Of a DNA stretch of 64,000 bases, positions 12,961 through 25,700 are shown one piece after another. Under the pieces are notes generated by a model. The model was not told the DNA's origin. It did not search any database and saw only the letters and a list, made by a program, of their open reading frames with translations. The DNA comes from Takakia lepidozioides (taxonomy: Eukaryota; Plantae; Bryophyta). The stretch is taken from assembly GCA_030704615.1 (NCBI GenBank), contig CM060731.1, forward strand, positions 20,522,001 to 20,586,000. Reading direction: 5' to 3'. The position numbers and the translations under genes were made by a program. The stretch's first letter is position 1. Every line of letters begins with the position of its first letter.

Positions 12961-13713
12961 TTTTACATGTGGGTCTTACCCAATCAGGTACATTCAAGTT
13001 AGCATTTAAGTGGGGGAGGATTATGTGTTTCATGTAGGTATTATCTAGTGGAGGTATATCAGGATCTTACTCATTTTTGGCGCCAATGCGTGGTACTCTC
13101 CCTTATAGGGAGGAGCCAATAAAATTAAAAATCTACAGAGGCTGTCGGAAAGCAACACCGCACTAAATATCGACGGCATCCAGCGCCCCGATAAAGTGCA
13201 GAGCTGATCGCGACACGTGCGTGCTATACCAAGGCCCACACGCGGGGCCAGGCCGCAAGTCTCATCCAAGTGCGCACCCCCACATCCGAATATTTTTCAT
13301 CGCGACTTCGTCAGTCGTGGGTGGTGGGGTCCGTTCACACCGCCGCCCACTGTACTGGAAACGTATCGGTGCAGCACGACTGTGCGGAGACGTGGAAGTC
13401 AACGGAGAAAATGTGGTCAAAGGACCTTACACCGTGTCAAGGCGCTGACTGGTGGGTTGTGCTGAGTCATGCTCCCTTCCTCTTAAGTATGTTGTGCCAA
13501 AGCAAAGCAAAGCAAGAGAGCGGAATGCCGTTTGAGGCTTGTTTGTAAATTCCAATATTGGAGCAGCTGAGCCGCGGTGATCGTGACCGCGCGGCGTCTC
13601 GCTCCGCGAGGTCGCTCCCCCAGCCTTGCCCGCCGTTCCCACAGCCGGCCTATTGCTTCCAAGTTCCAATCGAAAATTCGTTTTCTGTCTGTGCACGAAG
13701 GCCATCCGCAATC

Positions 13714-15000
13714 ATGGCAGGTGGAGCTCCAACTGTTGGGAAAATTTCTGTGAGCAACATTCCCACAGGCAGGAAGGTTTTGTTCCCACTTGCGCTGGTG
13801 ACATCGCTATTTTTCCTGTGGGGCTTTGCGTATGGATTGTTGGATGTGCTGAACAAGCATTTTCAAGAGGTTCTTCACTTGAGCAAGGTCAAGTCCACCG
13901 GGCTGCAGGTGGCCTACTTTGGTGCATACATTGTGTTCCCGCCACTGTTTGGTCAACCAATCGTGCGGAAATTTGGATACAAAGTCTCAATTCTAACCGG
14001 CCTGATGCTCTATGTCGTCGGAGCTCTACTATTCTGGCCGTGCGCTCAATACAAGACCTTCGCAGGCTTTGTTGTTGCAACGTTCGTCATTGCGTGTGGC
14101 TTATCAAACCTTGAAGTAGCAGCGAACACCTACGTGACTGTCTTGGGGAGCCCAAAAACAGCCACATTTAGATTGAACTTTTCTCAATCTTTCAACGGTT
14201 TGGGAAGCTTTATTGGGCCTCTGATAGCATCAAAGTTTTTCTTTAGTGCCGGGAATTCAGGAGATCTCAATTCCGTTAAGTTCATCTATCTTGGAATCGC
14301 TTGCGGCGTCTTCACCGTGGCAGTTTTGTTCTTTTTTGCCAGCCTTCCTGAGATTTCAGATGACGACATGTCTGAGCAATCAGATCTTCCAACGGAGCCG
14401 CTCATGAAACAGCCCCATTTTCTTGGTGGAGTGTTGGCACAATGGTTGTACGTTGGTTCGCAGGTCACGGTGGCCACTTTCTTCATCAACTTGGCCAATG
14501 AAGATGGTATCAAATCCGATTCAAAAGCTTCCCAACTGCTCTCTTACTCTTTGATTCTCTTCACCGTCGGCCGTTTCTTCGCCACATTCTTGTTGAAGTT
14601 CTTCCAATCAAGGTACATTTTGGGAGCTTATGCTGTTCTATGCACCACACTGTGTGCGCTTTCCGCTGGACTGCATGGAGTCGGAGGTACCGTATGTGTT
14701 ATGGTGCTCTTTTTCTTCATGTCCTGCATGTACCCAACGATCTTCACGCTGGCGTTACAAGATCTAGGAGGGAACACCAAGAGAGCGGGGTCCTTTGTCG
14801 TCATGGGCGTCGGTGGTGGTGCCATTTTCCCTCCAACTCAAGGCGCTATTGCAGACAAAGCAAGCACCAGGATCAGCCAGATTGTTCCTACGTTGGGGTT
14901 CTCTTACCTAATTTTCTATGCGTTTCTCCTTGCCAAAGGCCCAACTCCTCCACAGAGTGATGACCTTGAATCCAAGAATCACCTTGAATCCAACAGTTAG
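13714..15000 (+). CDS. fucP: MFS L-fucose/glucose-galactose:H+ symporter (FHS/FucP family), fungal-type, intronless, 428 aa
   Basis: Intact single-exon ORF from ATG 13714 (MAGGAP..). About 12 hydrophobic segments. Family motifs LVTSLFFLWGFAYGLLDVLNKHFQ, LEVAANTYV, RLNFSQSFNGLG, QWLYVGSQV, SCMYPTIFTLA, VMGVGGGAIFP. Confidence 0.88.
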   Translation: MAGGAPTVGKISVSNIPTGRKVLFPLALVTSLFFLWGFAYGLLDVLNKHFQEVLHLSKVKSTGLQVAYFGAYIVFPPLFGQPIVRKFGYKVSILTGLMLYVVGALLFWPCAQYKTFAGFVVATFVIACGLSNLEVAANTYVTVLGSPKTATFRLNFSQSFNGLGSFIGPLIASKFFFSAGNSGDLNSVKFIYLGIACGVFTVAVLFFFASLPEISDDDMSEQSDLPTEPLMKQPHFLGGVLAQWLYVGSQVTVATFFINLANEDGIKSDSKASQLLSYSLILFTVGRFFATFLLKFFQSRYILGAYAVLCTTLCALSAGLHGVGGTVCVMVLFFFMSCMYPTIFTLALQDLGGNTKRAGSFVVMGVGGGAIFPPTQGAIADKASTRISQIVPTLGFSYLIFYAFLLAKGPTPPQSDDLESKNHLESNS

Positions 15001-15914
15001 ATAGTTTTTGGAAGTTATTTGTAGCACTTGCAAGCCGTGGGCAGTCCCCTTGGGATTATACACTTCTGATCTTGTTATGGTCAATCAATGGAGGCTGCTG
15101 ATGCTTCTGAATGTATCATGTTCTACAGTCCAATGTACAATAATGAAGTTGTGCAATTCAATCAAAATTCTGGAACTTTGAAATAACTATCGCAGCAAGA
15201 GATCGTGCCCAGCTATATTTCAAAGAGTCTACAGGGTGACGGGGCTTGTCGCTTCATATGAACCTGGAAATTAGGATTATGAGAGACGTCTCACACAGAA
15301 GCCATAGCTGCAAATACTACTGAAGAATTAATTCTAGAAATCGATGAAGCTGACGGCGTTATACTGGGTGGAAACGTGTTGTACCCTTCACACCATAGGT
15401 AGATTGTGCCTTGTAATGGAGTAACAACTGACAGATCATGGGGTGTAATTTCTGGTCAATAAGCATGCCCAGCAGAGGCTCCTAAACTGCCGCTCCATCA
15501 CTATGTTGGGGAGGCGTATGGTGAGGCCTACAAGCTAGATGGCCGTGGGCGGGCAAGAGCCCCAGCAGCAACCCACCATACCCAGCGGGGAGTAATGGCG
15601 CCAGGCTGAGGCGACAGGGGGTCCCGCCACCTGCCCACCAGTTGTCATGACATGTGAGGCTGATCCTGATAGGGTGCGGGAGAATGCCGCACGAATGGGC
15701 CGAAATTTGGTGAGGCTCACCATTTTGAAGCGCCAGAGAGTGCTACTGGGGACGCGCGATCTCGTCCTACATCGCAGGCCACACGCTATTGTGAAGATAG
15801 AGCTCAGGGCTATGGAATCTTGAATAGAGTAAAGCCCTCGTGGTAAGACTTCACCTAATACAAAAAGCCCATAAAAAGTTTTCCTTCAAGGCGGAGCTGC
15901 TCATAATTTGTCAT

Positions 15915-15995
15915 AGCAAGGTATAGGTTGTATACCCTTGAGAACAAGTATGTAATCGTCGGCAGAGATGTTGTATTCAATGAGTCCAAGAACTT
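15915..15995 (+). mobile_element. Tiny Ty1/copia pol remnant
   Basis: Reads RYRLYTLENKYVIVGRDVVFNES, matching the copia post-integrase motif GYRLYD..KKVIVSRDV.F.E. Confidence 0.5.
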
Positions 15996-17070
15996 TCATA
16001 AGGAAACAGTTGTTCCAAATCACTGGTATTTAAAAAAGTCAAAAGTAAATTACAATCTAACTGTGGGGCCAAATACTTTGTTCTACAGACATCTGAGCCC
16101 GATGGAAAACTTTGCACAAAATGCATTTGTCAAACCATTCCTTTTCGTGCCCACCCACCTATCTATGGCCCTTGCATAGGCAAATTAAACTCCCACACAA
16201 GAGTGTACTATCTCTCTCTCCTGGAAGTCCAACAGCTGACAGGAGCCTTGGCCAGGTTGAGATGAAACTTGTTCGTCACTCCTCGTCCCCATTTTCTGTT
16301 CCATCCAAGGTCTACAGCCAAGAAGTTACAACAGACAAAAGTATAGTGATGTGAGAGCCTAGTAAACTCTGCACAAACTCCCTGAACTCCATAACAGATT
16401 CTCCCCCGTATCCCCCAAGAGCACATCCAGTAAGAAGATGTCTCGTTGTTGAACTCTTAGCTGACCTCCTTGGCCAGCCACTCTTCTCATGAACTGCATG
16501 GCTCCCTGTCCTGCAGAGACACGGTTGATGAGTTTAGCTAGCATATCCAAACTCTAGCATTGAACATCTGACAGACAAACCTCTCCTTGAAGAAATCCAT
16601 TGTGTTGTCATTGAACCTATACTTTTAAATGCCCCACAACTGTTGACAAGACTCTGTATATTGCCATTGCTGTCTCCCCAAAATTCCTAATAAAAGTTGC
16701 ACAGGACAATCAGACGAAGAAGGCACTCACACAGTTTGTAAGTACACAGATGCCATACCCTTCTTGCTAATGACCTGCACGATACATTAGGGTTTGAGTT
16801 TGACACAAAGTTGGGTGACAAACCAGTAAAAAACTGCCATAATTCTTCCACAGCGAATCATCCCATCTGGGGAATGAAATTCATTTCAGCAGGTCTCAGA
16901 TAATTTTCATTGACCAAACCAAGAAAGAGAAAATTAAAATTAAGGAGGGTAATTTCTCTGCAGTACCCACCACACTCTAAGTGCTACATGAATTATCTGG
17001 TTGTTTCAGCTTACCAGTTCATATGTTTCAGTATTGTCATAAACTGACAATCTGGAATAATTTCTTGAGC

Positions 17071-19424
17071 TCATGCCACTGCAATAAGGGCGTCCATTGC
17101 TCCCTTTTGTGGCGCTGTTTTCTGTGGAGGTGGTGGGTCTTGAAAGTCCTCCTACAACAAGCGCAAATAAACAAGTACAAATTTAAGGCCAGCAAGGTAC
17201 ACCAAAGTAAAACATTCACGACAGATCCTTAACTAATGCATTATGAATGGAGAGAAACAAAGGACAATCCACCATTTTACAGTACTGGCAACACAAATTT
17301 GCAGAACATTATTCAACTGAAAGTCAGAATAAAATAAGTACCCTTCTCCATTCAATAATTAATTAGTGAATGGTCAAGGCAGGGAAATGAAAATGGCAGC
17401 CAATGGGATGGGGTATTTGGGGGGCATGAGGCGCAGTGTCAATGCTTCCACAAGCGCCAACAGAGGTGCAGCGTGAGAAAGTGCCATGTTTGCAAGCACT
17501 CGCAAGCAACAGGAAAGGAGGGATGTGAAGCTTCTAGAGAAGTGTGCCCCTTCCCTTCATCTGGAGGGCTCAGGGACAGCGCTGCCTCATTTCCTTTTGT
17601 GAGAGACCGAAAAGTAAAGGTAGGGGAGTGGGTGAGAGATCGTGAGGGAGAAGCGAGGGGAGAGGGCAACAGACTGAGAGAGAGGGTCTAGTAGATAGTA
17701 AGTAGGGGGAAGTTAGTAACAGCTCTACCATTAGCTAATTAATACAATATCTCATGAAACATCCAGACACAGTTGATCTGTCACCTATTGCCTCCGACCA
17801 CAAAATGGACGTCATCTCAATCATAAGGCCAACCTCAGACAAGGGCTGGAATTGGGTTTGAACCCAAGATTACCCATATTTAGTGAAAGCTATAGGCCGG
17901 ATCTAAGGCCCTCACATTTGTACGGTAGACAGGTATTTCTCACATTGACAAACATGTGTTATTAAGTGGAGAAGAGGATTGGCTACAATGAAAAATTGGT
18001 GCTAGTTTTTGGGTCAAAGGTAACTAACCACATTGTAGATCACAGTGATGAACAGAGAGCAACTGGGGCAGCGTGCAATCTCTTCTCCAATTTTCAGGTC
18101 TTCCTGCCAAGCATAAGATACCATCACATGAAAAGATCCATTATCCTGAAACTTCTGAAGCTGACCGGACAAATATCTCTGACTGCATGTCCTTCTCGAG
18201 CTTAAACAAGACAGGCTGGAGGTTGAGACTGAAGAACATCTCTTCTCCCTCTACTGCAAATTATAGGGCCACTACTGCACTTTTAAACAAAGCACATCCT
18301 GACATAGGTGTTCCATTCAGAGGATATCGCAAGATATTTACACGAGGCTCTCCACCGTAGAGAATCTTAAAGCTGAATTGTAGTTTTCTGGTTGTGCTGG
18401 TGGTTTTTGGGGCCCCATTTTTCTTCTGTCTTGTTTTCTACTTTCTTTGACCCATGCTTTCCCTAGACATTATAAAGTTTATGTCTTTCTTCCGATGAGC
18501 CAACTACAGATCATTTCTGACATAGACCAATCATCAGGAGATTCGCTGATAATCGTCCGGAAAAGGTCAGTACCTCACAGCACTTGAAACTACCCACATA
18601 ACTGCCCATGATTCTATGCAGCTTCCCAGTGAAACACTCTGCATATGCTGAAAGAACCTACCAGAGAACACCAACAGCATTGTGCTTAGTTTAAATCTAA
18701 CCTTGTCGTTTTGCTCTTTTAACTACAATTTCCCAAGGACCAACTTCCAAGTTCGGCGACTAAGCAGATCAACTATCAAATGGATTCAAAGTAAGTTCTT
18801 ATGTCAAGCACTCTCTGGAACCAAAATAAATAATTGAACTTTGACCGCAGTTATCCTCTTAAGCATTCCGTGTAGTGGGGCTTCCTAAGGGAGGGAAAAA
18901 ATTGCAGAGTGTTTCAATTTAGTTCACCATCACTCGGTAGCAGCATTAGAACCGACCATATTAAACGGACAGCCGTTACTCCTCAGCAAAGTACCAAAGA
19001 AAATACCATAGGGTTGTTCAGCTATTTCCGTACAATCCCTGGTGCGGAAAGCATGACTTTCATTCCAGAAAGCTAGGTGGACATGTATTCTGGCAGAAAA
19101 CGGCTTGACGCTTCGCATAGTGTGTGAGAAACTCTTCACGCCTACTGAGCTAATAGGAATAAATGATTCAAACCCTAGTTTCACACCAAGCTCCTCGAAT
19201 TCACTCGAAAACAAGAGTTCCTTGATGATCGGGCTGCTGCTGACAGTATGCAGTCTCGTTCTGCTTGCACGTTGTTTTGATCTATCATGGCCTAAAAAGA
19301 AATACGAAATCTAAGGGACTACCTTTGTGATTTGAAAAAGGTCACCACAGGGGCAGGGATACGTGAAGGCCTGCAGCTCATCGCTCCACTCCATATCCTC
19401 GATCTCTACATCGTCGTACGACAT
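17071..19424 (-). CDS. DPH3: Diphthamide biosynthesis protein 3 (CSL zinc finger), 3 exons, 85 aa
   Basis: Exons 19424-19323 (MSYDDVEIEDMEWSDELQAFTYPCPCGDLFQITK), 18103-18029 (EDLKIGEEIARCPSCSLFITVIYNV) and 17151-17071 (EDFQD..IAVA*). Both introns are GT-AG, phase 0. Not visible in the ORF track. Confidence 0.96.
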
Positions 19425-19727
19425 TCTTTCTTCTCTCTCCTCTTCTCCTGTACGTTTCTATCACTCCGCTGCGTCTCCCACCCCCTTCCTCTTCTTATCA
19501 ATTCTCCTCTCTCTCACCCACTGAGAAATCTCTCTCTTTTCCTGTAGCCTGCTGTGCACTGCACTCTCTCTCCCCTGTTAAGCCCTAACCCTACTCCGTT
19601 TGTATTGTTTCCGTTTCTATTTTCCTTTTACTATCGTTATTTTTATGTAACGGAATAATGGTCGGTAACAATTATAGTGTAAGGGGCCCATTGTGTTTGT
19701 CAGGAAAGAGTTGTGGTCGCTAGAGCG
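19425..19727. promoter_or_regulatory. Shared bidirectional promoter/5'UTRs of DPH3 and REV1
   Basis: Only ~300 bp between the two divergent ATGs. CT-rich tract, telo-box-like CCCTAACCCTA (~19583) and site-II-like GGGCCCA (~19684). Confidence 0.65.
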
Positions 19728-22700
19728 ATGGCGTCTCCCCCTCCGCCCCCTCCCCATCAAGAGGACTGCGAGGTCTCCAGCAAGGGATCACGAAAAAGGA
19801 AAATTGGGGAGGAACCCAAGCTCGGCATGTCGTGGGGTGCGCAGTCTTACAGCGCGGAAAAAATCAGCGGCATCAGAGAGAAAGAAGGCGGCACATCGGA
19901 CTTCGGAAGGTGCTGGCCCTCTCTCTGTTTTCATTGTCATGATCGTGCAAAAGAACTTCAATTAGCCTGGATAATTCGGCTGAAATACATGGATTTGGAG
20001 CTTATTTGGAGCTGAATGTTTTTGGGTGGTAGTGCCTTGGTCAATCACCCGGAGTTGATGCTTCCAGTGCAGTCATGGAATATTTGCAACAAAATTTATC
20101 GTGGATTGTTTCATGCGTCTAATAAAACTTTCGAGTCAAATCGATTCGACCCTTTTCAGTTTAGTTGAGTCCAGTCGTTCTGTCTTTGAAATCCCAGCTG
20201 TCAATTTAGCTTGTTTCCCATGCTAAATGTATCCGTCCATTGAAATTGTGGGGCCAGCTGGGTGCCTAACTGGTTGAATGACAGTTCAATGCACGTGAGA
20301 TATTTTTGGCATATGGGATTCGTGGTCAGATAAGATTGTCAAGGAAAATTGGGTTGTGCCCCTGGTCTTCGGGAGAGCAGATATATGGCAGAGAAGCGGC
20401 ACAAACTACACGTTCAATATCAGGCGGATTCTTCCAACAAGCTTCTGAGGTAGGCCAATTTAGTCTGGAAATGGCAATCGCACCTCATTAACTTTCTTAA
20501 GGTTACATGTTCTCAGGGTGCTGGAAGTATTTGGAAACCGTACTCAGAAATTTGGGATCTCATTAGTCCCTTGGGGCATTGGTGGACTCGCTGGACCAAT
20601 AGATACATATTACAGAAGACAGGAGCTGTTTACTTCCTGCTATTTGTGGCAGAGAAACCTGGCTATTGGAAATGGTCTGACAATATGTATGTTTTTTGGT
20701 GGTGAAAATGCAGCTGTGCTATAGCAGCTGCGGCAGCCCAGCATTCAAAAGAATGCCAAACTACTCTCAATGACAATACCAGAAATCACTTGTTGAAGGG
20801 AGTGTCAATCTGGGTGGACGGCTTCACTATACCCTCCCATCAGGTCCATCTCTCCCTGCTCTGACTGTTTCTTCTCTTGGTGCCACCTATTCCATTAGAA
20901 GTCACTGTATCCTGGCATGGGCAGGCATGAATGCAGGGTTCTATTAGTATAAGTGAATGCCATAATAGTAATGCTGATTGTTTTGGAAGAGATGAAGATA
21001 CACTGCGAATAATAGCAATCTATGCTAAGTTGATGTGATGTGTTATTGAAACCCTCTCATTGTGGGTAAATCCATGTAATAGCTATCCATGCCCACATCA
21101 GTAGTATTTGTTCTCAGGGGTAAAGGGGCAGCAGTCTGCAGATGCAAGCGGGATGTTGTCTCAAAAGTTCATAATTGCTATTCTATGAAGTGCAAATCGT
21201 CCAGTACATAATGGAACGCATGCTATGCAACATGGACAACAATGGGCTCATGAAAACCTACGTAATTAATCATTTGACTTGACTCACCAATTAAATGCCA
21301 ACATATTTTCTTGCAGGAGCTGCGGCATCTAATGCTTTGCTATGGGGGAGTGTTTGAGAATTACTTCAGAAGGGACCTGGTTACTCACATTATCTGCAGC
21401 ACTCTTCCTGACAGCAAGATCAAAGACCCCAGGTAACCTATGTTTTTCCTCCCTTTTCCTTTGCACATCTGGTGCTGTGCCAGGCTACCTTTGTTTGACT
21501 CCCACTCTTTTTCTCTATTTGTTGCCGTGTCTGATGGGAAGTTTCACAGCTCTATCCGTCTTTTGAAGGTCCTTGAGTCGCGGATTACCCATTGTGAGGC
21601 CTGAATGGATTGTGGACAGTATTGCTGCTGGTCGACTCCTTAATTGTAAGTGGGCTTCTCCAATGACTGGTGTTCTTAAACTTTGTGATTTGGAGAGCGG
21701 AGAGATATGTTAGACTGGGGGATTACGTCAGATAGGTCTTCTGGGATACTGCAACAAATCACAGCTGGTGATGTCGTCAGGTCTTTCATTGAGATTGTTC
21801 AGTGATCCAAGAACATGTCATCATGGCTGACTTGTATGTGAAGGGGGGGGCTACCAACCACAGCGCATTGCGTACGAACATCCTAACCAGCGCACTCTCT
21901 CTGGTTCATATTTCACTCCAAAGCTGAATGTTGAGCCATCTTCAACCTCAATCATTGAAGGAACTTCAGGGTTCTTCCAAGCTATAGACATGGAACCAGT
22001 CTGTCCTCAAGAGGAGATCAGAGTGGAAAGCAGAGAGGAACTGCAGAAGCCGTCAGAGCATCTACAAACAAAGGCAGAACCAACTGTTGTTAGCTCAGCT
22101 GATCGAAGGGCCGCAAGTGGGCAAGTGGACCAAGGAGATGGCGCAGGTCAGTATATCAAGTTGGCCTGTCTCTTGAAACCAAAATATATTGGGGGTTTGG
22201 TTAGGGTACCCCTTCATTGCCAATCACGTTTTAATATTAAGGTCTTTGATATGCCTGTTGGCCTCGCCAGTTCGGGCAGATGGGGTCACCCTGCAACCCA
22301 TCCTGTTAATAGATCTGTTCGCCTCCCGCTCCGGTAGAGTGTCCGCTCTCAAGAGTTTGCTCTGCAGATCACTGGTCCACTCTACATGTCAGGAGTCCTT
22401 GCTCAGAGATAACAATCAGTGTTGAGCAGATAAACCAAAAACAGTCCGTTGCTGAGCAACTTGGGCTCTTGGAGCAATAGGTTAACTGAAGGTTTCAAAT
22501 GTGAGATTATCAGGAAATTTGCATTGTTATTTCTAACAATGAAGTAGGTGACAATTTGCACAGCAGATGCACCTGGACATCAGTCTTTCCCTCCAGAAAG
22601 AGACAGATTGTTACAGAAAACTCAAGCTCATACAGACATCTTTGCCGAAGGAGAGGATAGGCCAAGCTCCTCAGTGCCAGGAGGGAGAGAGAGAGATGTG

Positions 22701-25700
22701 AAGAACTCAAGCATGGTTGCAAACAGCAATAAAGGGATAGGGGGACATGCTCGAGCTGCTGTCAAAACCCATTCGACACTGGGCGACTCGAATTTTGTTC
22801 AGAATTATTTTAAGGCAGGTTGCTTTTGCTATTATTCTCTTGCACTGTGGTCACCCATTGCCCATCATCACAAGCTAACACTGGGCTAGCATGGGATGGA
22901 TAATGGATGCAGTTTTCAAGGCTCCATTTCATAGGAACATGGCGAAATCGATATCAAGGGCTTGTTTGGGGCTTGGGGAAATCTGAACACGCAGAAGTAC
23001 TGGACCATGCAGCCAACAAACCTACTTCCAGGACCAACCGTGCAATCATCCACATTGACATGGCAAGAGTTGGATCTTCAATAGATGGTTCAATCATATT
23101 TAAACACTACATTTGGTTCTTATTTTTTGGTAAATGTGCATTCTTTGAAGTGAACCTTAGTACTATGTGTAAAAGGGATTGATCTGAAATAACAATTAGT
23201 GGTCACTGGAAATTTGCCATGAAATTTTGATTTGTTTGTGGTGGTGGGACGGGTAGGATTGTTTCTTTGTGGCTGTGGTAATCAGAGATCGTCAAGAATT
23301 GAATGGCAGACCTGTGGCAGTTTGCCACTCCAGTAGTGCTCAGGGCACTGGAGAAATATCATCGGCAAACTATCCAGCAAGAGCTTTTGGTCAGCAATGT
23401 TGTTTAATCATTTACATTGTCTTTTGTCTGGTTTCATTCTTGGAATGGTATGTTGCTGTAATTTTCTTCCTCTTGCAACTGAGGAGCAAAACTATATCTT
23501 GGAATCCACTAAGTCGATCCCTTGTATATTCTGAATTGTTGAAAGGAGAATTACTCTTGCTGAGGAACAAACTCTTGTGTAACCTGACTTGATTGTTGAT
23601 GGCATTGGCTTGCACCTGGACTTCCAGGGATTCGCTTATTCTGTGGACCTACATGGCAGGGACCAGCATAAAATTCCCTTGTTGATTAGCAGTGAAGAGC
23701 TTGCTAAAGTTACTCTCAAGGAGTTATCGCTGAACAGTTTATTTATGAATGTCAGGAGTAAGAGCAGGCATGTTTGTTCGTGACGCAAAGGCACGCTGCC
23801 CAAATCTGGAGATAGTCCCGTATGACTTTGAAGCGTATGAGCAGGTTATATTCTTTCTTTGTTATTTGTTATCTTCTTTCTTTTATACCTTGAATCTGCT
23901 ACGATAGGGCAAGTGTACATCACATTGTTGACGTAATCAAAGCCTCATTGATTCCAGTTACATAGTAGGGAGGAACAATGTGTCTCTACAAGTTTCTATC
24001 CTTTTGTATCAAGACTGGCATCATCAGGAAAGAGTAGAAGCTGATTGGTGGTGGTGTTGAAGCAGGTGGCAAAGCAGGTTTATGATATATTGCATCATCA
24101 CTGTCGAAGAGTACAGGCAAGTACTATTACTGCCTAATTTCTTTGTTCACACACACAGCAGATGTGAATGACCCCAATGACTTCCATGTCGTAGCAGATA
24201 TCTGCTACGATATGTAGATCTTAGATCTGCTACGGTATGTAGATTCCATGTCCCAGATATCTGATATCTCCTGGGAAGACATTATGTGCGCACCGAAATC
24301 CTTAGCAGGTTTAACTGCCTTTAGCAAAGTACTCACAATATGAATGCTATTTGCAGGCAGTCAGCTGTGATGAGGCATTCTTGGACGTGACAGAGCAAGG
24401 GGATGCTGTTGACATTGCAAGCAGCATACGGCAGCAGATCTTTGAGGCAACCAAGTGCACTGCAAGTGCTGGAATTGCTGGAAACATGCTGTTAGCCCGC
24501 CTTGCAACACGCAAGGCAAAACCCAATGGCCAATTTTATATTCCACCTGAGGATGTATTTTCCCTTCTCCTTTCATTCATTTGGGTTGAAAACTTGTGTC
24601 TTCCTAGCCCAGTATTGTTACTTCAACAAACAAGGTCCAATTACTCCTTCATCTTAAAGGATGTGAAATTTGTCACTCTTTTGACCCTTCCATGCCAAAA
24701 TTGTGGAGGACTACTCTCCAGGGATGGAAGGGCTTAGCGTTGACACTTACAAATACTTTCATGAACAGGTGGAGCAGTTCATAGCAGATCTAGCAGTGGA
24801 GGATCTGCCAGGTGTTGGATGGGCGCTGCAAGAGAAGCTACATTTGCAGAAGCTTTACAAGTGCACTGATCTGCGAACTGTATCCAAGGTGTGTTTTTAA
24901 CACACCCATACTGTTGTGGTGCACACCTGCTAAACCTTTCAAGGTGTTATGGGTTGTGGCACTCATAGATCTGAAGTGTGCACTGCTACTGCATTGTGAT
25001 CCTTTAGGACTATTGTAAATGTTGTGGTCATATCTACAACTAAATGAGCATACTGGAAAGGCATCTTCTGTGGCTTTTTCTGGTGATGTGGGTAGCAGAT
25101 GTGTGGACTGGCAACAACCAAGCTATGCTTCATAGTGAAGATGCCTGTAAGGAGCACTTGTCGACCTATTTTGAGAAGCATTGTGAGAATGTTGTTGACA
25201 GGAGGTGCTTCAGAGAGAGGTCGGAATGAAGACAGGTGGCATGTTGTGGTCCTACTCCCGGGGGATTGACCTGCGCCAAGTCCAGCCTGCTCAAGTAATT
25301 TCACACCTCAGCAACCTAGGGTGGGTTTACTGCACAGCCAGAGAGAAGCAACCATGGCTGTTGTCATGTTCAGGAGCCAAGTACTATCACCTAGAACTAG
25401 CCCACCCCCGACCGGGGGCTGTACCTGGAAGCCAGGGAAAGTGGCTCTTGTTGGCTGGATTCTTCTCTCTCTCCCACCTAGAACTACTGTTAGGGGTCCA
25501 ACTTAAACTGATGACTTGCTATCTTGCCTTAGGGTGTGGGTGCAGTCTATGCAGCAAAGGCAGTGTTTGTCTGTCTTGTGAACTTGTTTTTTTCAATTGT
25601 TGTAACTTGTGAGAATGCTCAGTGAATCATGTGGGCATTTCTCTGTCTTGTTAAGGGCTTGCTGGCGTTTTGTGTTAGTCTCCACATGGAGAGGTTATGG

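Noticed and set aside
13558-13713. 52-aa N-terminal extension of the permease in the ORF track
   Set aside because: It starts at TTG; the eukaryotic start is ATG 13714 in good context (ATCATGG).
16200-16560. Protein-like minus-strand frames (MDMLAKLINRV.. / MEFREFVQSLLG..)
   Set aside because: No recognisable family and stops in every frame; cannot be supported.
25397-25420. Hairpin plus CTAG in a REV1 intron as a Helitron end
   Set aside because: Stem is only 5-6 bp with no other support.
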